Origin: an uncultured Bacteroidales bacterium
GTDB lineage: Bacteria > Bacteroidota > Bacteroidia > Bacteroidales > Tenuifilaceae
Length of the DNA stretch: 43,803 bases
Direction: 5' to 3'
Assembly: GCA_937915475.1 (NCBI GenBank)
Contig: CALGIR010000004.1
Span: 1 to 43,803 of the forward strand
Below the pieces are notes generated by a model that saw only the letters and a program-made list of their open reading frames with translations, was not told where the DNA came from and did not search any database. Below are positions 38,592 through 43,803 of the stretch, one piece after another. The translations under genes and the position numbers were made by a program. Within the stretch, counting starts at the first letter, position 1. Each line of letters opens with the position of its first letter.

Positions 38592-40361
38592 ATGAAAGAT
38601 TTCTTTAAGTACATGTTTGCTACCATTACTGGTATTATTATCACCACCATTTTATTGTTCTTGCTTTTCTTTGGAATAATTGGAGCAATGGTGGCTAAAA
38701 CAGACAAAACTGTTGATGTAAAGGACAACTCTTTACTTGTTATCAAACTCAACCAAGAGATTGTTGATAGAGCATCGAAGAACCCAATGGGCAACTTTGA
38801 TTTTATGAACTTTAAGCCAACTTCTCAACTTGGCTTATACGATATTCTTAAAGCCATCGAAAATGCTGCTCAGGACGAAAACATTCGTGGAATTTTTATT
38901 GAGACTGAAGGTATCCCAGCTGGAGCAGGAACCCTCGAAGAGATTAGAATGGCCCTTGTAAAGTTTAAGGAGTCGGACAAGTTTATTATTAGCTATAGCG
39001 ATGTTTATAGCCAAAAAAGTTATTACCTGTCAACCGTATCAGATAAGATTTTGCTTAATCCTGAGGGAGCCGTTGAATGGATTGGATTGCGTGGAGAAGT
39101 TATGTTCTTTAAAGATGCACTAAAAAAGTTAGGGGTTGAAGCGCAAATCATTCGTCACGGAAAATTCAAGTCAGCCATTGAGCCCTTTGTTTTAGACAAA
39201 ATGAGCCCCGAAAATAAGGAGCAAACTTTAACCTATATGGGTTCTATCTGGAATCACTGGGTTGACGGCATTAGTGAAGCGCGCAACATTTCAGCTGATG
39301 AATTGAATAAATTAGCCAACAATCTAACCATTCGCAATGCTAAATCGGCTTTAGAATTTGGCCTTGTCGACAGTTTAGTTTATAAAGACCAGGTAATTGA
39401 CATGCTAAAGGAGTTAACCGATACTAAAGCTAAAAAGGACATCAACTCTGTTAGCCTAGCCCAATACACCAAGGTTAAGCCACCAGTAAAACATAAAGGT
39501 TTTATAAAGGATAAGATTGCCGTAGTATACGCATCGGGTTCCATTATAACTGGCGATGGGAACGAGGGTTCGATTGCCTCAGAACGTTTTGGCAGGGCCA
39601 TTCGCAATGCACGTCGCGATAGCACGGTTAAGGCAATAGTACTGCGTATCAACTGGGGAGGCGGAAGTGCTCTAGCTTCAGAGGTAATTTGGAGAGAGGT
39701 TAAACTTGCCAAAGAGGTAAAGCCCATTATCGTGTCGATGGGCGATGTTGCAGCCTCTGGCGGATACTACATTGCCGCACCCGCCGATTACATTTTGGCA
39801 AATCCTACAACCATAACCGGTTCGATTGGAGTATTTGGAATGATACCTAATTTTAAGGAAGGCATGAACAAAAAATTAGGTATCACAGTTGATGTGGTAA
39901 AAACCAACAAAAATGCCGATTTTGGCTCAGTATTTAGACCTCTAACTGCTGAAGAACGAGCTATTTTCCAACTTGGAGTTGAGGATGTTTACTCCACCTT
40001 TATCGGTCATGTTGCCGAAGGCCGTAATATTACCGTTGAGCAGGTTGACGAGATAGGCCAAGGCAGAGTTTGGAGCGGTGCCAACGCAATGGACATAAAC
40101 CTAATTGATGAATTTGGTGGGCTACAAAGAGCCATTGAAATTGCTGCCGAAAGAGCTGGACTAGAGAACTATCGCATTGCTGAACTACCTAAGCAAGCTG
40201 ACCCATTCGAGGCTTTAGTTAAACAGTTAACTGGCAGTGCCAAAGCCAATATCCTAAAAAACGAACTTGGCGACAGCTACAAGCATATTGAACGCCTTAA
40301 GGACATTGCTGCTAGTAAGGGCATAATGGCTCGCATACCCTACGATATCGAACTTTACTAA
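38592..40361 (+). CDS. sppA: Signal peptide peptidase SppA (67-kDa type)
   Basis: Tandem S49 domains; HGKFKSAIEP (Lys), SMGDVAASGGYY (Ser), TITGSIGV, GQGRVWSG. Confidence 0.95.
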   Translation: MKDFFKYMFATITGIIITTILLFLLFFGIIGAMVAKTDKTVDVKDNSLLVIKLNQEIVDRASKNPMGNFDFMNFKPTSQLGLYDILKAIENAAQDENIRGIFIETEGIPAGAGTLEEIRMALVKFKESDKFIISYSDVYSQKSYYLSTVSDKILLNPEGAVEWIGLRGEVMFFKDALKKLGVEAQIIRHGKFKSAIEPFVLDKMSPENKEQTLTYMGSIWNHWVDGISEARNISADELNKLANNLTIRNAKSALEFGLVDSLVYKDQVIDMLKELTDTKAKKDINSVSLAQYTKVKPPVKHKGFIKDKIAVVYASGSIITGDGNEGSIASERFGRAIRNARRDSTVKAIVLRINWGGGSALASEVIWREVKLAKEVKPIIVSMGDVAASGGYYIAAPADYILANPTTITGSIGVFGMIPNFKEGMNKKLGITVDVVKTNKNADFGSVFRPLTAEERAIFQLGVEDVYSTFIGHVAEGRNITVEQVDEIGQGRVWSGANAMDINLIDEFGGLQRAIEIAAERAGLENYRIAELPKQADPFEALVKQLTGSAKANILKNELGDSYKHIERLKDIAASKGIMARIPYDIELY

Positions 40362-40374
40362 GAGTAAATACCCT

Positions 40375-40409
40375 AAAAACACTCTACCCAAAGGGTAGGG
40401 TGTTTTTTT
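40375..40409 (+). terminator. Intrinsic terminator after sppA
   Basis: AAAAACACTCTACCC-AAA-GGGTAGGGTGTTTTTTT. Confidence 0.85.
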
Positions 40410-40436
40410 ATTAACTGGTTATAACACTGCCCGCTG

Positions 40437-41513
40437 ATGCTAAAACACCTACTTTGGCCTTTGGCTTTGCTTTACGGATTTGTCGTAAAAATGCGAAACC
40501 TATTGTTCAGTATGGGTATTCTCAAGTCGGTGTACTTTAGCAAAACCATATGCGTTGGCAACCTAACCGTTGGCGGAACAGGTAAAACTCCACTTACCGA
40601 GCACCTGATTAAACTCATTAAACCCACCGCCAATGTGGCAACCCTTAGCCGAGGGTACAAGCGAAGCACAAAAGGCTTTGTACTGGCAAACGATAGCTGC
40701 AATGCCTCCACCATTGGCGACGAACCTTACCAAATATTCTCAAAATTCCCCGACATTACGGTTGCTGTAGATGAAAATAGGGTTAGGGGAATTAATACCC
40801 TGAGAAGCATAAAGCCTCAACCTGATATCATCATCCTTGATGATGCATTTCAGCACCGATATGCTAGGGCAGAGCTGAATATCCTACTCACAGATTATAG
40901 TAATCTAATCTATTCTGATTTTTTCCTGCCAGTAGGCAGGCTCCGCGACTCCTTCTCGGAACGCAAAAGGGCTCAGATGGTAGTGGTAACCAAATGCCCG
41001 CACAATTTATCCCCCGAAAAGCAGGACGAGATAAAGGGTAAGCTAAGGCTTAAACCCAACCAAAACATCTACTTCTCTGCAATTGAATACGGCGATATTA
41101 AGCCCGTTTTTAATGATAGCAGCTTTGTAGGCTACTCTTTATCGCCCAACCTTACCGTTGTTGGAGTTGCAGGAATTGCAAACCCAAAACCATTCTTCAA
41201 CCACCTATCACGTCACTCAAATCTTAATCACAGTGTTCCGCTAACGGATCATTTCAATTTTAGCGAAAAAAAAATTAAAGCTATCTTTGATAAATTTTCT
41301 CAGATTCAGCATGACCAAAAGGCAATAATAACGACTGAAAAGGATGCAAGCAGACTAAGAGAATTTTCATATTTGCCCGATGAGCTAAAAAGATGTTTTC
41401 ACTATTTACCAATTGAGGTAATCTTTTTGGGTAACAACAACGGAGAATTTAATCGTAAAATTCAATCATATGTTAGAAAAACTAAAGCAGACAACGGCCT
41501 ACATCGAGAGTAA
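40437..41513 (+). CDS. lpxK: Tetraacyldisaccharide 4'-kinase
   Basis: CVGNLTVGGTGKTP, LSRGY, GDEP, LDDAFQHR, P.GRLRD, TTEKDA. Confidence 0.96.
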   Translation: MLKHLLWPLALLYGFVVKMRNLLFSMGILKSVYFSKTICVGNLTVGGTGKTPLTEHLIKLIKPTANVATLSRGYKRSTKGFVLANDSCNASTIGDEPYQIFSKFPDITVAVDENRVRGINTLRSIKPQPDIIILDDAFQHRYARAELNILLTDYSNLIYSDFFLPVGRLRDSFSERKRAQMVVVTKCPHNLSPEKQDEIKGKLRLKPNQNIYFSAIEYGDIKPVFNDSSFVGYSLSPNLTVVGVAGIANPKPFFNHLSRHSNLNHSVPLTDHFNFSEKKIKAIFDKFSQIQHDQKAIITTEKDASRLREFSYLPDELKRCFHYLPIEVIFLGNNNGEFNRKIQSYVRKTKADNGLHRE

Positions 41514-42279
41514 GGTGAGCATTAAGCCAGAGGTAGGCATTATTTTGGGAACAGGACTTGGCGGCTTAGCAAAGGATATTGAAAATCCGGAAACAATTGA
41601 TTACGTCGATATACCCAACTTCCCAGTGTCGACAGTTGAGGGGCACAAGGGAAGATTAATTTTTGGCGATCTTGGTGGCAAAAAAGTGGTTGCCATGCAG
41701 GGAAGATTCCACTACTACGAAGGCTACGATATGAAAGTGGTTACATTCCCGGTTAGGGTAATGAAGTACCTGGGTATTGGCCATCTGTTTGTTTCCAATG
41801 CCAGTGGTGGAGTTAATCCAGAATATGAGATTGGCGATTTAATGATTATCAGCGATCATATCAACCTTATACCCAATCCGCTAATTGGCCCAAACAACAA
41901 CGAATTTGGCCCACGTTTCCCCGATATGAGCCAAACATACGACCACAGCTTAATTGCGCTTGCGCAAGATATAGCCAGCAAGCACAGCATTAAAACACAT
42001 ATTGGCTGCTACGTAGCTGTTACCGGCCCTACCTTTGAAACGCCAAAGGAGTACCAGTATTTCCGCATTATTGGTGGCGACACCGTAGGGATGTCAACTG
42101 CACCAGAGGTAATAGTGGCAAGGCAAATGGGAATTCCGGTATTCGCCATATCCATTATTACTGACCTTGGCGTTCCAGGAAAAATTGTTGTGATAACCCA
42201 CGAGGAGGTACAGCGCATTGGCATGCAAGCCGAGAAAAAGATGACGCTGATTATGGAGGAGATGCTGCTGGAACTGTAG
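41470..42279 (+). CDS. punA: Purine nucleoside phosphorylase (trimeric type)
   Basis: ILGTGLG, STVEGHKG, QGRFHYYEGY, GPTFET, VGMSTAPEV. Confidence 0.94.
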   Translation: MLEKLKQTTAYIESKVSIKPEVGIILGTGLGGLAKDIENPETIDYVDIPNFPVSTVEGHKGRLIFGDLGGKKVVAMQGRFHYYEGYDMKVVTFPVRVMKYLGIGHLFVSNASGGVNPEYEIGDLMIISDHINLIPNPLIGPNNNEFGPRFPDMSQTYDHSLIALAQDIASKHSIKTHIGCYVAVTGPTFETPKEYQYFRIIGGDTVGMSTAPEVIVARQMGIPVFAISIITDLGVPGKIVVITHEEVQRIGMQAEKKMTLIMEEMLLEL

Positions 42280-42297
42280 AGGATAAACCGAAAAGCT

Positions 42298-42340
42298 AAA
42301 AAAGAACCGAATCTTTATCTTTAAAGGGATTCGGTTCTTT
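42298..42340. terminator. Bidirectional intrinsic terminator between convergent genes
   Basis: AAAGAACCGAATC / GATTCGGTTCTTT 13-bp stem with an A-run on the left. Confidence 0.85.
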
Positions 42341-42399
42341 CCATTTCAGCTAGCCTGCTTTAGTAGCAGTGGCGGTAGTTACGGTTAGTATCCGCAAAA

Positions 42400-43803
42400 C
42401 TACTCCACCACCACCGAAAAGGTATGCCTTGTACCAGCTACATTCACGGCTATCATGTAGCTTCCCTTCCCGAGATTTGCTAATGATAGCTGTTTACTGC
42501 CGTTACCACTACCGGTTAGCACACGTACACCCACTCGGGTAAACACCTCGTAGGAGAAAAGCATCTCTCTGTCGCCCTTCACCTCAATACTAACTAGGCC
42601 GCTGGTGGGGTTTGGGTAAACCGATACAATTGGAGCAGCAATATCCTCCGCGGGATTAGGGTCAACCTCAATCTGTTCCGCACCCTCCACCACAAAAGAG
42701 GTTCGGGCCAGGGTTTGCTCCTTATCCATTAGGTTAACGGAGTAAAGACCCGGCAACCAGCCATCAACCTCAACAAGCAGCTCGAACTGAGCACGGGTTA
42801 AATCGTGCTGGTACGCTGTTTTCCCTTGCTGGCTTTTGATGCTCAAATGGGGATGGTCGGCTGTAATCCCTCCCATATCGTAGTGCACCACCACGAAGCG
42901 GGTAACGGGATAAGGCTCAACCTCAACGTAAGGGCCATGAGCTGTGGGCGCATCGGCACCGGTATTCCTGTCTAGAACATAGTCTTGGGCAAGAAACGGT
43001 ATGGTGTCCATTGCCGCTAGCAGATTATGCGCTAACGCAGAGGCGATACCGTTGCCCTGATCGACAATACCAAGGAGTGTTACCCGTGCCGTACTGTCCA
43101 ATGCCAGAAGATCCTCCCCTGCTGCATCCAGAAGGTTGGCCAGGGTTGTAACCCCGCTAAGCTCCTGAGCCTGTAATGGGGTAAGCGTATTATTTACACC
43201 CATATCGTTAAGCTGCTGCTGAGCACCTGCAGCATCCCCCATCTCACGGGCGGCAAAAGCCGAAATGTACTGGTAAATTAGGTCGGGATGGTAGTCCTTA
43301 AGCATCTGCAGGCTATCGTACTGCTTGCCCAATGTGTCGCTGGCAAAGCGGTGGGTAAGGATACCTGCAACCATATCGCGGGTAGCCCGTTGGTTGGCAC
43401 CCAGCGATTTTACCACATCGATGGGCGAGATGCTGGTGCCGCTCTCCAAAATGGCCTCAATTAGGTAGGGCGGAAGAGCATTTTCCCTTGCCGCAAGTGC
43501 ACCTAGCACTATGGACGATTTGGCGGCCTGCGGGTTGCTCATAAGCACCTGCGCCAGCATGATATGGGGCAGAGGCACCTCATCATCCGATGCTCGAACC
43601 ATCACGGTATCGGATAGCATGGGCGATTTTTCCATTAGCGCATCCCTAAGGGCAAGCGGGACGTTACCCGAAGCACCCTCCACCTCGGCAAGCAGATTAT
43701 CCGTACTGCCCATGTCCTGCATTTCAACCAGCAGGTTCTGCGCCAATGCTAGCGACTCGCCAGCATCGGACACACTTTGTAACCCCGCATCTTTGGAGCC
43801 AAT
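42400..43803 (-). CDS. T9SS C-terminal sorting domain protein (3' part; 5' end beyond the right edge)
   Basis: Frame stays open to 43803 (IGSKDAGLQSVSDAGE...); ends with VSVYPNPTSG...LSLANLGKGSYMI.V...FSVVVE, a type A CTD. Confidence 0.85.
   Translation of the reverse strand: MGSKDAGLQSVSDAGESLALAQNLLVEMQDMGSTDNLLAEVEGASGNVPLALRDALMEKSPMLSDTVMVRASDDEVPLPHIMLAQVLMSNPQAAKSSIVLGALAARENALPPYLIEAILESGTSISPIDVVKSLGANQRATRDMVAGILTHRFASDTLGKQYDSLQMLKDYHPDLIYQYISAFAAREMGDAAGAQQQLNDMGVNNTLTPLQAQELSGVTTLANLLDAAGEDLLALDSTARVTLLGIVDQGNGIASALAHNLLAAMDTIPFLAQDYVLDRNTGADAPTAHGPYVEVEPYPVTRFVVVHYDMGGITADHPHLSIKSQQGKTAYQHDLTRAQFELLVEVDGWLPGLYSVNLMDKEQTLARTSFVVEGAEQIEVDPNPAEDIAAPIVSVYPNPTSGLVSIEVKGDREMLFSYEVFTRVGVRVLTGSGNGSKQLSLANLGKGSYMIAVNVAGTRHTFSVVVE

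Noticed and set aside
41470-41513. 44-nt overlap between lpxK and the nucleoside phosphorylase gene
   Set aside because: Both proteins are complete; this is ordinary operon compaction.
1259-42224. Numerous 60-175 aa ORFs antisense to or nested in recognised genes (e.g. 5416..5841, 12486..13013, 26188..26604, 36348..36824)
   Set aside because: No motifs, and they overlap well-supported genes; treated as shadow ORFs.
1-43803. CRISPR array, IS element, prophage, defence island
   Set aside because: No regularly spaced repeats, transposase, phage structural genes or defence-system motifs were seen.

Overview
AT-rich chromosomal segment from a Bacteroidota organism, most likely Bacteroidales. The assignment is inferred from TTTG-N19/20-TAnnTTTG promoters, a T9SS C-terminal domain and gene content. 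Most of the window is housekeeping: ppk2, plsC-like, purE, rsmA, purH-mreBCD-mrdA-rodA, acpH, queD-folE, heterodimeric methylmalonyl-CoA mutase, an Mpl-like Mur ligase, tRNA-Leu(TAG), tRNA-Glu(TTC)-rpsT, radC, upp, folK, sppA, lpxK and purine nucleoside phosphorylase. I saw no CRISPR array, integrase, transposase or prophage. The less ordinary items are: (1) an ECF sigma factor coupled to a zinc-finger anti-sigma/TM/TonB fusion; (2) a FadL/PorV-like barrel gene coupled to a ComEA-type helix-hairpin-helix/beta-barrel protein; (3) a stand-alone ACP-like protein lacking the phosphopantetheine serine; (4) a decayed type II TA pair, missing from the ORF track, next to a pentapeptide-repeat gene; (5) a marC gene bracketed by diverged ~68-bp direct repeats; (6) a DUF2752-like protein that has lost the family's cysteine motif; and (7) a GC-rich T9SS cargo gene with tandem CTD-like domains. 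All family calls come from motif recognition by eye, not from database searches.
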